This document shows positions 9,291 to 19,240 of a DNA stretch of 53,298 bases, in pieces. This DNA comes from a virus (lineage: Duplodnaviria; Heunggongvirae; Uroviricota; Caudoviricetes): IMG/VR virus record IMGVR_UViG_2558860170_000008, one strand, 5' to 3'. The position numbers and the translations under genes are program-made. The notes beneath the pieces are model-generated. The model did not search any database. It was not told the DNA's origin and saw only the letters and a program-made list of their open reading frames with translations. Position 1 is the stretch's first letter. Every line of letters begins with the position of its first letter.

Positions 9291-9582
9291 TAGACTCGCC
9301 ACCCCAAGAAATATTAATGGGGTTCCCTTTGACGGGACGCAGGACATAAACATCACTTCTGGTATAACACAGCAGGATGCGGATTCCCGATATATCCAGG
9401 ATATCAGGCTGGGAGCAGAGAACAGGCAGGTAATGTACGGTGGGGCATATTACTCTGCGTACGGTAATGTTATGGCAGGCCTGCAGATTGACAGTAAAGT
9501 TGATGCTTCAAACGATTTTATAGCATTCAGACCCCTGCAAAAATTAATCGGAGGTACATGGATTACGGTATCTCAGTTATAA
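9291..9582 (+). other. Silent alternative tail-fibre C-terminal cassette (S'v-like), promoterless in the present orientation
   Basis: Open frame continuous with the repeat-encoded peptide [26 protein letters not shown] then [21 protein letters not shown]...TVSQL*; would fuse to the constant part of S after inversion. Confidence 0.6.
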
Positions 9583-9633
9583 ATAGTCAGTAAATAATAT
9601 ATTTTAAAACAGATTTATTTCCAGGAGGATTTT

Positions 9634-10155
9634 ATGGAACTAAAAAATATAACCCGTTATTATCCTGAAAATATGCCATATGGTAATAATGTTCAGTATT
9701 TCCAGAGTGAAGATGGTAAGGATTTCTACGAATCCCTGCCATTATTCACCAAAAAATATAAACTTTGCATAACACCTGACAGCGGCGTTATCTGCTCAAT
9801 ATCACAGGACGCCTCGGCGCTGTATCCTGCGGGGTTTTCTGTGGTTGAGGTCGATGAACTCCCTGAAGGCACGGATATTTCAGGAAACTGGAAGTTTGAT
9901 AATGGCATAATCTCCCGTATTCCGGTTAACTACGCAAGAAAACTGGAAGCAATGCGCCAGTCATATCTTAATCAGGCATATGAAAAAATTAATGACTGGA
10001 GAACGGAGCTACAACTGGGCACCATCAGCGATGAAGACAGAGCAGCACTTACCCAATGGATGGCATACATCAGTCAGGTGAAGAAAATGGAACTACCCGC
10101 CATTAAAACAGAAGCTGAATTTAACGCCATTAAATGGCCTGAGCAGCCACAGTAA
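9634..10155 (+). CDS. Tail-fibre assembly protein (Tfa/U family), paired with the silent cassette
   Basis: 173-aa ORF with ATG preceded by AGGAGG; C-terminal ...AEFNAIKWPEQPQ resembles Tfa-family termini. Confidence 0.75.
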   Translation: MELKNITRYYPENMPYGNNVQYFQSEDGKDFYESLPLFTKKYKLCITPDSGVICSISQDASALYPAGFSVVEVDELPEGTDISGNWKFDNGIISRIPVNYARKLEAMRQSYLNQAYEKINDWRTELQLGTISDEDRAALTQWMAYISQVKKMELPAIKTEAEFNAIKWPEQPQ

Positions 10156-10158
10156 TAA

Positions 10159-10178
10159 AGAAGGCCGGAAGGCCTTCT
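10159..10178. terminator. Perfect hairpin AGAAGGCC-GGAA-GGCCTTCT between convergent tail-fibre-assembly and tail-fibre genes
   Basis: 8-bp stem and 4-nt loop seen directly. Confidence 0.5.
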
Positions 10179-10186
10179 GAATATCA

Positions 10187-11068
10187 TTATATACTTGCAG
10201 CCGTCACCCATGCTCCATTTAACAGATACTGCAACGGCCGGTAATACACGCCGCCGACGTTATCTGCCGTATTCTTACCGACATCCTGTACTTTAATTCC
10301 GGTAAGAACATTGCCGCCCCCCAGATTCAGATCCCAGCTTTCCCATGTTCCGGGCATATGTGCGGTCACCGACCCCAGTCTTATGGCGGTTACTGTTCCT
10401 GATGAGATAGTGATATCCTGCGTCCCGTCAAAGGGAACACCATTAATTGTGTGGGCATTTGCCAGCCTGTTCGCGGCAACGGCGGTGCCGTCCGATGGCA
10501 GGGCATTCGCCGCCCTGTTTACCGTTTCCCGTAAACCGACGTTATCGATAAAAGCCCCTTTATCCGGAATGTCTGCGCCGTTCTGCTCCCTGCGCAGGTA
10601 ACGGTTATCACCTTCGCTTTTGCTGTAAACATCCAGATTATTACGGGCGGTTCCCTTATTCTCCAGGTCGGCGAGATTCTGATCCTTCGCCAGGGCATTA
10701 ACGTCAGCGGGACCAAGACTGTTTTTTGTGGCAAGCGTCCCCAGACCAAGATAACCACGGGCCAGACGCTGGGCCTCCGCACCGGCATCAGCAATTTCTT
10801 TCAGGTTATTTTTCCGGGAAAAGGCATTCGCAGCGATAATGGCTTTAATGGACAGCGTAAGCTGGTTTAACTGCGCCTTATCCGGCTGAATACTGGCTTC
10901 AGCCAGAATATTCAGCAGTTCGGCCTGGAGAATATTCAGCCAGTCCTGACCAATCCAGCTGATACCTTTTTGTCCGTCACCTTCGGTAAACCAGGTGGTG
11001 GTATTACTCTGCGCCGGTGCCAGCGCAGGCATATTCGCCACGCCGGAATTATTATCAACATGAAACAT
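10187..11068 (-). CDS. Tail fibre protein (Mu S-like): constant N-terminal part plus the currently fused variable C-terminus
   Basis: 293-aa ORF; residues 177-200 are encoded by the inverted repeat; the C-terminal 93 aa lie inside the invertible segment. Confidence 0.85.
   Translation of the reverse strand: MFHVDNNSGVANMPALAPAQSNTTTWFTEGDGQKGISWIGQDWLNILQAELLNILAEASIQPDKAQLNQLTLSIKAIIAANAFSRKNNLKEIADAGAEAQRLARGYLGLGTLATKNSLGPADVNALAKDQNLADLENKGTARNNLDVYSKSEGDNRYLRREQNGADIPDKGAFIDNVGLRETVNRAANALPSDGTAVAANRLANAHTINGVPFDGTQDITISSGTVTAIRLGSVTAHMPGTWESWDLNLGGGNVLTGIKVQDVGKNTADNVGGVYYRPLQYLLNGAWVTAASI
10470..10539. repeat. 70-bp inverted repeat, right copy (inside the tail-fibre gene)
   Basis: Reverse complement of 9221..9290 with one mismatch; position calibrated from S codons 177-200. 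Confidence 0.85.
10526..10551. promoter_or_regulatory. gix-like recombination site (tail-fibre-proximal): TTATCGATAACG-TC-GGTTTACGGGAA on the minus strand
   Basis: Same inner half-site as the left site, different outer half-site. Confidence 0.55.
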
Positions 11069-11628
11069 TAAATAGTCTCCTCTTCATGGCTGTTTGCATA
11101 AACGTAAATAAACGTCTGCCATGCAGGCTTATAACGGTTCAGAATACATTCCAGCGCACCGCCTTCATAAATACGCAGCGGCGTGAGAATATCATCCAGC
11201 ACATTCATATTCCGGTAGCCGGTTTCACTGTTAATCGTGACAATACTGACCCACTGCGAATCCGGTGAGGGCTGAATGTCAATCTGATAACCAAACTCCG
11301 CCGCAAACCGGATATAAAATTCACGGTTCAGCGAGGGCTTCATCCGGTATTTATTTCCGGCATAACGCTGTCGCTCCGTGAGGGTGGCTCCGGCCATATC
11401 ACACTCGGGAAGCCCGAGATAACGCTCCCAGTCTTCCAGCAGCAGGCGCGACGTGTCAGGGAAACGCTCGGCAAGCAGCTGTTTACCCGTCCAGGATACA
11501 CGCGCTGTCGAATGACTGAGGCCCAGACATAATGATGCCAGTACGGATGACGGACGCTTGTCCCATGCCAGCCCGTCAGGCAGTAACTGCAACAGGGCGC
11601 GCTGATGCGGGGTCAGGGTTACAGCCAT
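11068..11628 (-). CDS. Baseplate/tail-fibre attachment protein (Mu gp48-like)
   Basis: 186-aa ORF between the baseplate J-like gene and the tail fibre; position conserved in Mu-type tail modules. Confidence 0.7.
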   Translation of the reverse strand: MAVTLTPHQRALLQLLPDGLAWDKRPSSVLASLCLGLSHSTARVSWTGKQLLAERFPDTSRLLLEDWERYLGLPECDMAGATLTERQRYAGNKYRMKPSLNREFYIRFAAEFGYQIDIQPSPDSQWVSIVTINSETGYRNMNVLDDILTPLRIYEGGALECILNRYKPAWQTFIYVYANSHEEETI

Positions 11629-12701
11629 GTGATTTCTCCTACCGTCAGCAGCTCACTGTCTCCCGCCTGAACTGACGTCAGCGGACTGCGCACTTCAAAA
11701 TCCTCCAGATTTTTCACCCCTGCCACCGCCCGCCAGAAAGACGACGGCAGAACCAGACCGCCGGGCCGGGATTCGTTATACAACAGGTCGGTCAGCGCCT
11801 GTTTTACGGCCGCCTGATTCTCCGGTGTTTTCGGGATGATCCTGATGCTGAAGGGCACCGGCTTATTGGTCAGTTTAAACACGGTCACCGTCGGCCCCAG
11901 AGGCTGTCCGACAGGCTGGCCGGTCGCCGGATCATCATGACTGCGGATATAATCCGCCACCCGCTGAACATCACCGTCACCGGGGAAAATGTCCGGGTTA
12001 TTATCCTGAACAAACGTTACCCCCACGCTGCCCGCCTGCGGCCATTCCGGGCGGCACCATGCCCGCGTCACACCCGGCACTTCACGCGCCCAGCGTTCAA
12101 AATCATACTGCGTGCCGCCGGACGGTGGATTCTGCACCCGGAAAACCAGACGGGAAAGCAGCTCCGGCACGGTTTCCACATCCGCACCACCGGTGATCCC
12201 CGTTCCTGTCACCGTGGCCGTCTGGTTGATCCCCGCCTGCGGTGTGATAAATGTCAGTTTTGTCCCTGCCGGGGCATTCCCCGCACGACCGGCACTTTCG
12301 GCTTCCACACTGACATTCAGCGTACCGGCCTTACCGGTCAGTGAGGTGGTGATACGGTAAACCACGCCATCACTTCGCTGGAGAAGCACACCTTCCTTGA
12401 TCCCCGCATCCGTGGTCAGCATCAGCTGAACCGGCCCGTCCCCCCGAGAGGCAGGCTTACGCATGACGCCCCAGAATGCACAGTGTTTCAGCAGTTCGGC
12501 TTCATCGGCTTCGGTCGGGATGATCTGACGCGCAATCCAGGCCAGATGCTCATGCTCCTGAGCAGATAACCCTGCCTGAGCGTAAGCAATGGCATTCAGG
12601 GTGGTTTCATTCACACCCGGCTGCGAGCCGGGCAGGCGCTGGCTGATATCCTGCTGTGTCTGCGTGATTAACTGTGCCAGCGGTAAAGGCTGATAAGGCA
12701 T
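11619..12701 (-). CDS. Baseplate J-like wedge protein (Mu gp47-like)
   Basis: 360-aa ORF in conserved position, overlapping its neighbours by a few bp. Confidence 0.8.
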   Translation of the reverse strand: MPYQPLPLAQLITQTQQDISQRLPGSQPGVNETTLNAIAYAQAGLSAQEHEHLAWIARQIIPTEADEAELLKHCAFWGVMRKPASRGDGPVQLMLTTDAGIKEGVLLQRSDGVVYRITTSLTGKAGTLNVSVEAESAGRAGNAPAGTKLTFITPQAGINQTATVTGTGITGGADVETVPELLSRLVFRVQNPPSGGTQYDFERWAREVPGVTRAWCRPEWPQAGSVGVTFVQDNNPDIFPGDGDVQRVADYIRSHDDPATGQPVGQPLGPTVTVFKLTNKPVPFSIRIIPKTPENQAAVKQALTDLLYNESRPGGLVLPSSFWRAVAGVKNLEDFEVRSPLTSVQAGDSELLTVGEITWL

Positions 12702-13138
12702 TACTCCCCCTTAAGATCAGCATAAAAAATCATGGGCCTCACTGAACCATCAGGCAGGGTTATGCGCACCGAAAGCGCCAGCCGCGCGTGCCCCACACGT
12801 TCTGCATGACAGACCACGGATGACGCCACGCCATCCTGACTGAGCCAGCCCAGCGCCTCATCCGCATAGGCACGGGCACGGCTTATCACGGAGGCCAGCG
12901 TTTTTTCCCGGCGGAGAAGCCACAGACGGGAGCCAATGGGACGCGGGCGAAAACTGTCTCCCCACCATCCCCGGCGGTCACGCGTACCGTCAGGGATTTC
13001 ATCCGATGCCAGCGCCCGGCGGTCAGTAAACAGCGAAATCAGAACGGCCGTCAGCAGACTGTCATCCGTCAGCAGGTCGGCACCGTTCAGTTGCAGCGAA
13101 CCGCACCCCTGATCCCATACAATTGCAATATCAGCCAT
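12701..13138 (-). CDS. Baseplate protein (Mu gp46-like)
   Basis: Start at internal ATG (MADIAIVWDQGCGSLQLNGADLL...) overlapping the upstream gene end by 8 nt. Confidence 0.7.
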   Translation of the reverse strand: MADIAIVWDQGCGSLQLNGADLLTDDSLLTAVLISLFTDRRALASDEIPDGTRDRRGWWGDSFRPRPIGSRLWLLRREKTLASVISRARAYADEALGWLSQDGVASSVVCHAERVGHARLALSVRITLPDGSVRPMIFYADLKGE

Positions 13139-13742
13139 TCTCCGGCGCTCCTGTCTTACTGCCTTTGCCGTTATCCTGATGCACATGGCCGGAATAGGTG
13201 ATCCCGGCAATAACGGCATCAGACATCGTGAACAGCCCGTCTGATTTACCTGTACCATCAAGCACGAAATTACCCTTAACATGCAGGTTTTTATCCACCG
13301 TCACATTGCCCGTAAAGGTGGCCTCCGGCGTATCCACCCGCATCCCCTCATCGGCGTAAATCTCCAGCATTTTGCATGTCACAATAATGCGACCATCCTT
13401 TGTTAACCGTATCCGGTGCCCCTCATGGTGATACACCCCCGTATCTCCGGCTGTGAGTCCGGTCGGGCGGCTGCGCCGGTCTTCCACCACAAGCACCACA
13501 GTCTGATCCCGCTGTCCGCCCAGACAGGCAAAAAAGGTTTCCGCACCCGGCAGGGGAACGCTGATCTGCCCGTACTGCTGGGGACGCTCCACATCATCAA
13601 AGGTTTCGCCGTCCATGCCGGTGAGCTGCACATTCTGCATTTTCAGTTCGTCATGTGTGCCGGTCAGAACGCCCCGGCCAAACAACAGGCGAATACCGCG
13701 CGTTACCGGGGCAATCAGGCGGCTGAACACTTCATCATTCAT
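13131..13742 (-). CDS. Baseplate spike/assembly protein (gpV-like, Mu gp45-like)
   Basis: 203-aa ORF, ATG at 13740-13742; conserved position. Confidence 0.75.
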   Translation of the reverse strand: MNDEVFSRLIAPVTRGIRLLFGRGVLTGTHDELKMQNVQLTGMDGETFDDVERPQQYGQISVPLPGAETFFACLGGQRDQTVVLVVEDRRSRPTGLTAGDTGVYHHEGHRIRLTKDGRIIVTCKMLEIYADEGMRVDTPEATFTGNVTVDKNLHVKGNFVLDGTGKSDGLFTMSDAVIAGITYSGHVHQDNGKGSKTGAPENG

Positions 13743-14859
13743 CAAAGCTGATCCCCTGTTTTTTCATCTGCTGGCGAATAAAGGCATCAACATCGTCACC
13801 GGAACCACCCCGGCCCTTACTGTCCGGCTCTGCCGGAACGATAAAGCCGTCACGCGGTGCCAGTACCAGCCGGGTGACTTCCCCGTTATGTTCATCAAGT
13901 AAAAACTCTACCTGACAGACCAGCAGTTCAGTCTGTTCTATACCGAAACGCAGGGCTGAAACACCGGTCAGCAGATTGACATCCCATAACCGGCCATCAT
14001 CCCGGAACCAGCCACGCACGGTGGCAGAAAACCGTTCTGAACGGGCAATCGCACGGCGCATTTCACGCAGGGCACGCTGCCGTGCACCGGTGGTGTCTGT
14101 CTGTTGATCGGCGAGGATGATTTTCGGCCGGTAGCGGCCGATCTGCTCATCACTGATGACGCCCACAGGTGCTGCCAGACGGGCGGCGGATTCGCTGTCT
14201 CCCCGTTTGCCACCACCGCGCCCGTGTCCCCGGACACGGTATTCGCTGTATCGTCCTCGCCAGTCCGTGTTGTAATCGGCATCAAGCAGGTTATCTCCCA
14301 GCACCAGTCTGTCCGTCTGCTGGCTTCCTGCCTGGGTGAACACCAGATCGCCGTCAGCATTACTGGTCACCAGCACCCCGCGATGCCGGGCAGCACGGGT
14401 CAGCGCATCCGCCACGGTTTCTGAGTTTTCCAGCGTAAAAGAGCTGAAGGGGCGTGCAGCCGTGTCGTCGTTAACCTGCCAGCGCACGGCTATCCCGAAG
14501 GGCGCACATAAATCTGCGGCAATCTGTGCCAGCGTCCGGTTGCGCCACTGGCTGCCGGGATGGATGGCGGCACAGTCCACCAGGTCGCCGGTTTTATCCC
14601 GACCGCTGATGCTGATCTGATGACGGGTTGCACTGATCCGCTGACTGACCTGATCCAGCCAGCCACTGATGACCGTCTGCCCGTTAATTCTGAGCGTCAG
14701 GGACTGACCGGTTCGCAGGGCTGAGGGGATGCGCTCACCGGGCAGCATCAGCCCCAGTTCAAACGACCCGGCCAGATGCTCCAGCGAGCGACGGACGCTG
14801 ACCGTCAGCCAGCCGGAAAAAATACTGCCACCGATATACAGTTCAATCCTGCTGCTCAC
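13735..14859 (-). CDS. Baseplate hub protein (Mu P / P2 gpD-like)
   Basis: 374-aa ORF, GTG start; conserved position after the DNA circularization gene. Confidence 0.8.
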   Translation of the reverse strand: MSSRIELYIGGSIFSGWLTVSVRRSLEHLAGSFELGLMLPGERIPSALRTGQSLTLRINGQTVISGWLDQVSQRISATRHQISISGRDKTGDLVDCAAIHPGSQWRNRTLAQIAADLCAPFGIAVRWQVNDDTAARPFSSFTLENSETVADALTRAARHRGVLVTSNADGDLVFTQAGSQQTDRLVLGDNLLDADYNTDWRGRYSEYRVRGHGRGGGKRGDSESAARLAAPVGVISDEQIGRYRPKIILADQQTDTTGARQRALREMRRAIARSERFSATVRGWFRDDGRLWDVNLLTGVSALRFGIEQTELLVCQVEFLLDEHNGEVTRLVLAPRDGFIVPAEPDSKGRGGSGDDVDAFIRQQMKKQGISFDE

Positions 14860-16201
14860 TGATCACCTCCACGCTGCGGCCACCCGGAACAAAAACCGGA
14901 TCGGGGATATTGTTTCTGCGGACAAAATACTGCCAGCGACTGCTGTTGCCGGTGGCACGGTACAGCGTGACCAGTGCCGGTTCGGTGGTGCGAACCATGA
15001 CCTGAAAAGCACCGGGAAGATGCACGCTCCGTGTGGTTAAATCTTCTGTCAGCGCAAGCCCTGCATCACGTAATGCAAGGGCAGTCCCGGTATAGCCCTG
15101 TGCGGACAGATCCAGCACCTGTTGTTCCATGGCATCGCTCAAATCCCGGTTGATACGCTGCACATCAGCAGAACTTTCCAGCCAGGCCAGTCCGCCCGAA
15201 CGGTCAGTATCCTGAACGTGCGTCGTATTCTGCCGGATGACCTGATCCAGCAGTTTTCCGAGCGTCTGTGCCTGCGACACCAGGGTTGCACTCTGCATCA
15301 CGCTCCGCAGCAGACGGATATTTTTCTGTGCCGCAGGCGTCAGGCCAATCAGGCGCTGTGGATCATCCTGTTCGCTGAGGGTGTAACGCAGAGAGGAAAG
15401 TGTGCGGTACAGCTGCGGCATGGCCTGCTCTGCTATGCTGTCACGGTTTGTGGTCAGGCTGCCGGACGGCGTTCCGGCTTTTCCGGTCAGAGACAGGGAA
15501 GGATCGTCGGGCAGCCCGGTCAGCACGGCAAACATTCCGGCCAGCGATTCAGCCATGCGACGGGGCGCATTAATCAGGGCGGCGGCATTGCCTTTCAGGG
15601 CAGTAAAACTGGCCGTAAAGGCACTGATATCCTGCACAATCCCCATCCCCGAAACGGCATTCTCCAGTGCATCAATCTTATCGCTGATGGTGTCGGTCAT
15701 GGCCTGTACATCATGCAGACCGTCTGAAATCACCGTCCAGCCGTCTGAAAGCGTGTTAAACAGCTGATTCATTGCTGAGCCGCTTTTCTGCTCCAGCGCA
15801 GCTGCCGTATCTTCTGCCACCGCAGGGGCGGTATCGTCACTGGCGGGGATCACGTTGATCGTGAACTCAACCGTTCCCTGCTCGCTGGCGTTATAACGGC
15901 TTTCAAAGCTGTTTATCAGCACGTTTAACGTGCCGTAATCCGGGTGCATCAGTTCACCGGCACCGGGTGCACGCAGCGCATCACGCAGGCGGCTTCGCTG
16001 TGTCTGAAGATCGTCTCCGGTCACCAGAACCGTGAATGTGAACTCCGGGAGTTTTGGCCCCAGATCATCCGCACCGCCGCTTTCACGCAGTGGGTATTCA
16101 CGGCGCACAATGTTACGTCCGCCCCGTTCCCGCTGCTCCTGATAAACCAGGAACGGTACGCCACGAAAGGAGCCACGCCCCGGCGTGTCAGTAGAGGCCA
16201 T
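14843..16201 (-). CDS. DNA circularization protein (Mu N-like)
   Basis: 452-aa ORF immediately downstream of the tape measure gene. Confidence 0.8.
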   Translation of the reverse strand: MASTDTPGRGSFRGVPFLVYQEQRERGGRNIVRREYPLRESGGADDLGPKLPEFTFTVLVTGDDLQTQRSRLRDALRAPGAGELMHPDYGTLNVLINSFESRYNASEQGTVEFTINVIPASDDTAPAVAEDTAAALEQKSGSAMNQLFNTLSDGWTVISDGLHDVQAMTDTISDKIDALENAVSGMGIVQDISAFTASFTALKGNAAALINAPRRMAESLAGMFAVLTGLPDDPSLSLTGKAGTPSGSLTTNRDSIAEQAMPQLYRTLSSLRYTLSEQDDPQRLIGLTPAAQKNIRLLRSVMQSATLVSQAQTLGKLLDQVIRQNTTHVQDTDRSGGLAWLESSADVQRINRDLSDAMEQQVLDLSAQGYTGTALALRDAGLALTEDLTTRSVHLPGAFQVMVRTTEPALVTLYRATGNSSRWQYFVRRNNIPDPVFVPGGRSVEVISEQQD

Positions 16202-18245
16202 AGTTCCCTCCGTTCCAGACGTTCACATCCAGGCCATGCTGTGCGGTATCATCCACATCAATACTGCGCGCCCGCCAGCCTTCAGGGGCCACAAGCTCCA
16301 CCCGTGCGGCGGTTTTCGCGGTGGCCTGTCCGCCGTTTTCGTCACTGCCGCCACGCAGTTTCTGCCAGGCCTGCGTCAGCCAGCCCCCCAGATAATCACC
16401 GAGATAGCTGCCCACCGTGGAACCAATGGCAACCCCGACCGGACCAGCAGCCGCCCCCAGCGCGCCACCGGCGATACTTCCGGCAAGGGAACCCACGGCA
16501 CCGGCTTTATCGGCTGCACTGGCGCTGCTGTCCAGCAGTACAGGAGCCGCCATGGCACCGGCCCACAGGGCACCACCACCCAGCCGACCGGCACCACGGA
16601 ACAGCCCGGCAAAACGCCCCAGCCCCATGCGGTTTCCGGCCGCCGTTAGCAGACCACCGGCACGGCTCATCATACGACCGAAGAAGCCCTGTTTACCGGC
16701 ACTCTCCGCCAGTTGCTCACCGGCAGTCACGACGGTCGTGACACCCCGTCCACGTCCGGGGCCGCGTTTTTTACGGCCGCGCACGGTTTTGCCGTCACCG
16801 CTGACCACCACATCCCCGCCACCTGAGGCCAGGCCACCCGCAGGCCAGTTGGTGACCAGCACGGGCTGAACGGCAGCCGGATTTACCCCGGTAAGGAAAT
16901 TCAGGAACCGGCCAGCGCGTCCGGGCTGCGTTCCCGGTACAGTGGTCTGCGGTTTGCGGAAGGGCGACGTCAGCACGGAGGTCATCGCCATGCCATAGCG
17001 TAAGGGGGTTGCGCCAAGACGTAATGCCCCCGTCCCCGCAAACCTGAGCACCTTCAGCGCACGGGAGGCGAGATACATATACATCAGGTACTTTGCGGCG
17101 GTCTGCGCACCCTGACCAATGCGATCCAGCGCATCGCCATAACCGGCGTCGCGCAGTGCCTGAAGCGTTTCCCTGACTTTCTGAATGACCCGGTAAAAGC
17201 CGGTCGCAGCGTCTCTGGCATACTCAAATCCCTGATTCAGAGCTGAGGCCGTCTGTGTGGCCAGCTTATCCTGTAAGCCGCTTTTCTGTGCCGCATCGGC
17301 ATAATCCAGGAAGCCTTTCAGGCTCTTTTTCAGGCTGTCAAACGGTCCCTTTGCCATCACCTCGCGGGCAAATCCGTCCCAGACGTCGCCCATCATGGAC
17401 GTCATTCCCGTCCAGGAATTCATGGCGTTTTTCTGGGCACCTTTTGCCTGTTCGGCCATCACCTGAAATAACAGGCGAATGCTGTCCGGCCCCAGTTTTC
17501 CTTTTTCGCCTTTCTCACGGATGATCTTCTGGTTTACGCCCAGCTTATCGGCCAGTAACTGGTAAACGTTAATCCCGTATCCGGTCAGAATATTGGCGTC
17601 CGCTGCCTGGATACTCTGGCGGGCAAACATCTGTTTGAGTTGCAGGGACGCACCCTGTGCATCTGACAGTGACCAGCCGTGATAGCCGCCCTGATCCTGA
17701 AGCATGGTAATAAAGCGACGGGCTTCCCTGTCACTCATGCCAAACCCGCGACTGGAGGCGTATTCCTGCATAACCCCCGCCAGCCCCCAGGTGGTGTCTT
17801 TGGCGTTCTGTACTGCCCAGGCTTTCACTGCTTCCGTTTTTGCCGTATCGCCATGATTAATGGCGTTGAGACGCAGAATATAGTTCTCCATCTCTGCGGC
17901 CGGGCGGATAAAGGCTTTATTAAAACCGTAGACCGCAGCCCCTCCCGCCAGCATCCCGTAAAGGTTGCTTATCCGCCCGATGGTGCCGGTAATGCTGCCC
18001 TGCAGGCGGTCAAAATCTGACGTTACCGTGCGGATGCTGCCACGAACACCGGCAAGCGTTCGCTGCATACGGGAGCCGACAAGTTCTGTTTCCTGACCGG
18101 CCCGGCGGGCTGCATTTCCAAGACCACCCAGGCCTGTCCTGCCGGAACGGGAGAACGCCCCCAGCTCCTGTGACCACTGGCGGGATTTGGCGGAAATATT
18201 GCCGAGTAAATCGACAATCAGGGAGGCTTTCAGGTTTTTTGCCAT
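16188..18245 (-). CDS. Tail tape measure protein
   Basis: 685-aa ORF with a Gly/Ala-rich central region and predicted coiled regions, between the chaperone and baseplate genes. Confidence 0.85.
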   Translation of the reverse strand: MAKNLKASLIVDLLGNISAKSRQWSQELGAFSRSGRTGLGGLGNAARRAGQETELVGSRMQRTLAGVRGSIRTVTSDFDRLQGSITGTIGRISNLYGMLAGGAAVYGFNKAFIRPAAEMENYILRLNAINHGDTAKTEAVKAWAVQNAKDTTWGLAGVMQEYASSRGFGMSDREARRFITMLQDQGGYHGWSLSDAQGASLQLKQMFARQSIQAADANILTGYGINVYQLLADKLGVNQKIIREKGEKGKLGPDSIRLLFQVMAEQAKGAQKNAMNSWTGMTSMMGDVWDGFAREVMAKGPFDSLKKSLKGFLDYADAAQKSGLQDKLATQTASALNQGFEYARDAATGFYRVIQKVRETLQALRDAGYGDALDRIGQGAQTAAKYLMYMYLASRALKVLRFAGTGALRLGATPLRYGMAMTSVLTSPFRKPQTTVPGTQPGRAGRFLNFLTGVNPAAVQPVLVTNWPAGGLASGGGDVVVSGDGKTVRGRKKRGPGRGRGVTTVVTAGEQLAESAGKQGFFGRMMSRAGGLLTAAGNRMGLGRFAGLFRGAGRLGGGALWAGAMAAPVLLDSSASAADKAGAVGSLAGSIAGGALGAAAGPVGVAIGSTVGSYLGDYLGGWLTQAWQKLRGGSDENGGQATAKTAARVELVAPEGWRARSIDVDDTAQHGLDVNVWNGGNYGLY

Positions 18246-18248
18246 GGG

Positions 18249-18443
18249 TTACTGCTTCGTTCTGAGAATTTTTTCGGTCTGTCGGCAGTGCCGGTAAAGC
18301 TGCGATAAAGGGAGGTTAAGCGCCCACTCCGGGCCGCTTTTTGTCACCATCCCCAGCACAATTGCGGCTTCTTCAATCTGATCCCGGCACTGCATCTGGT
18401 CGCCCCCGTTCAGCGACCAGCTTTCCTGCCATCGCGGAATCAA
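18249..18443 (-). other. Overlapping ORF in the +1 frame at the 3' end of the tail chaperone gene; candidate frameshift extension
   Basis: 64-codon frame overlapping 18373..18443 and ending 4 bp before the tape measure start. Confidence 0.3.
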
Positions 18444-18852
18444 GCAGGCTTACCGCCGCCATCAGACGGGAGAGATCGCGCTCGCTGAGCTGTCCGATCT
18501 GACGCGGAGACAATGGCCCCTCAATCTGGCCAACAGCGGCAATCTGACGGCGCAGCAGTGCAATGCCGCGCAGTGCCGGCGAGGCTATCAGAACCGGGCC
18601 GCCATTTCGGGTTTCCATAAGACGCTCGGCCTCGGTTTCCGCGTCAATGCTGTCTTTCGCCGTCAGTTCGCGGAAGGTGACGCGGTATTCACGGGATTCC
18701 CCGAACGGCAGACCGTCGAGCAGATCCACATAGCCGTTCGCCAGCTGTTCAGCCAGCCCGGCGGTGCGGGGATCGCCGTCTTCAAGTGCATCCCGGATAG
18801 CCTCCATCACGGCCTCGTCAGAAACCGCCGTTTTTTTCTTACGTGTGGTCAT
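18373..18852 (-). CDS. Tail assembly chaperone (Mu gp41-like)
   Basis: 159-aa acidic protein between the tail tube and tape measure genes. Confidence 0.6.
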   Translation of the reverse strand: MTTRKKKTAVSDEAVMEAIRDALEDGDPRTAGLAEQLANGYVDLLDGLPFGESREYRVTFRELTAKDSIDAETEAERLMETRNGGPVLIASPALRGIALLRRQIAAVGQIEGPLSPRQIGQLSERDLSRLMAAVSLLDSAMAGKLVAERGRPDAVPGSD

Positions 18853-18866
18853 TGCATTTTTCCTGA

Positions 18867-19232
18867 TTACTGGACACGGGTACTGGTGGCGCTGGCGAAC
18901 TTCGCGGAGATATCACCGCCACCGTCAAGCGAGGCCGGTTCACTGCTCCAGGCCTTCGTCATCATATGGACTTCACCGGTATCGGCCACGAACTCAATCG
19001 TGACCGCAGTCCAGGTGTTGATTTCATCGGCAGCCGGTGAACCTTCTCCGCCAGCCGGAAATTTACAGTCCAGCGTCGCCTCACGGGGTTTCTCACGATA
19101 GCCATAGACTTTCGCGCCTTTCACCACTTCACGCTCAAAGCCGGACGGGGAGAACGTGGCTCCCTCAAGGGTGGCGTACTCCTGTCCGTTCACACGGATG
19201 GTGGCCGTGCCCTGATGCTGTTTTCCGCTCAT
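18867..19232 (-). CDS. Tail tube protein (Mu M-like)
   Basis: 121-aa ORF directly downstream of the sheath gene. Confidence 0.8.
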   Translation of the reverse strand: MSGKQHQGTATIRVNGQEYATLEGATFSPSGFEREVVKGAKVYGYREKPREATLDCKFPAGGEGSPAADEINTWTAVTIEFVADTGEVHMMTKAWSSEPASLDGGGDISAKFASATSTRVQ

Positions 19233-19240
19233 GCCTTACC

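Larger units (their letters stand above)
9221..10539. other. Invertible tail-fibre segment (G-segment analogue, ~1.3 kb)
   Basis: Bounded by the 70-bp inverted repeats and gix-like sites, adjacent to gin, inside the 3' part of the tail-fibre gene. Confidence 0.75.

Noticed and set aside
9156-9356. Minus-strand 66-aa ORF across the left inverted repeat
   Set aside because: It is the antisense of the repeat-encoded tail-fibre peptide, an artefact of the inverted repeat.
15944-16869. Long plus-strand ORFs (265 aa, 154 aa, 150 aa) rich in Pro/Arg/Gly
   Set aside because: They lie antisense to the tape measure and DNA circularization genes in GC-rich DNA; the composition is typical of spurious antisense frames and the minus-strand genes fit a conserved operon.
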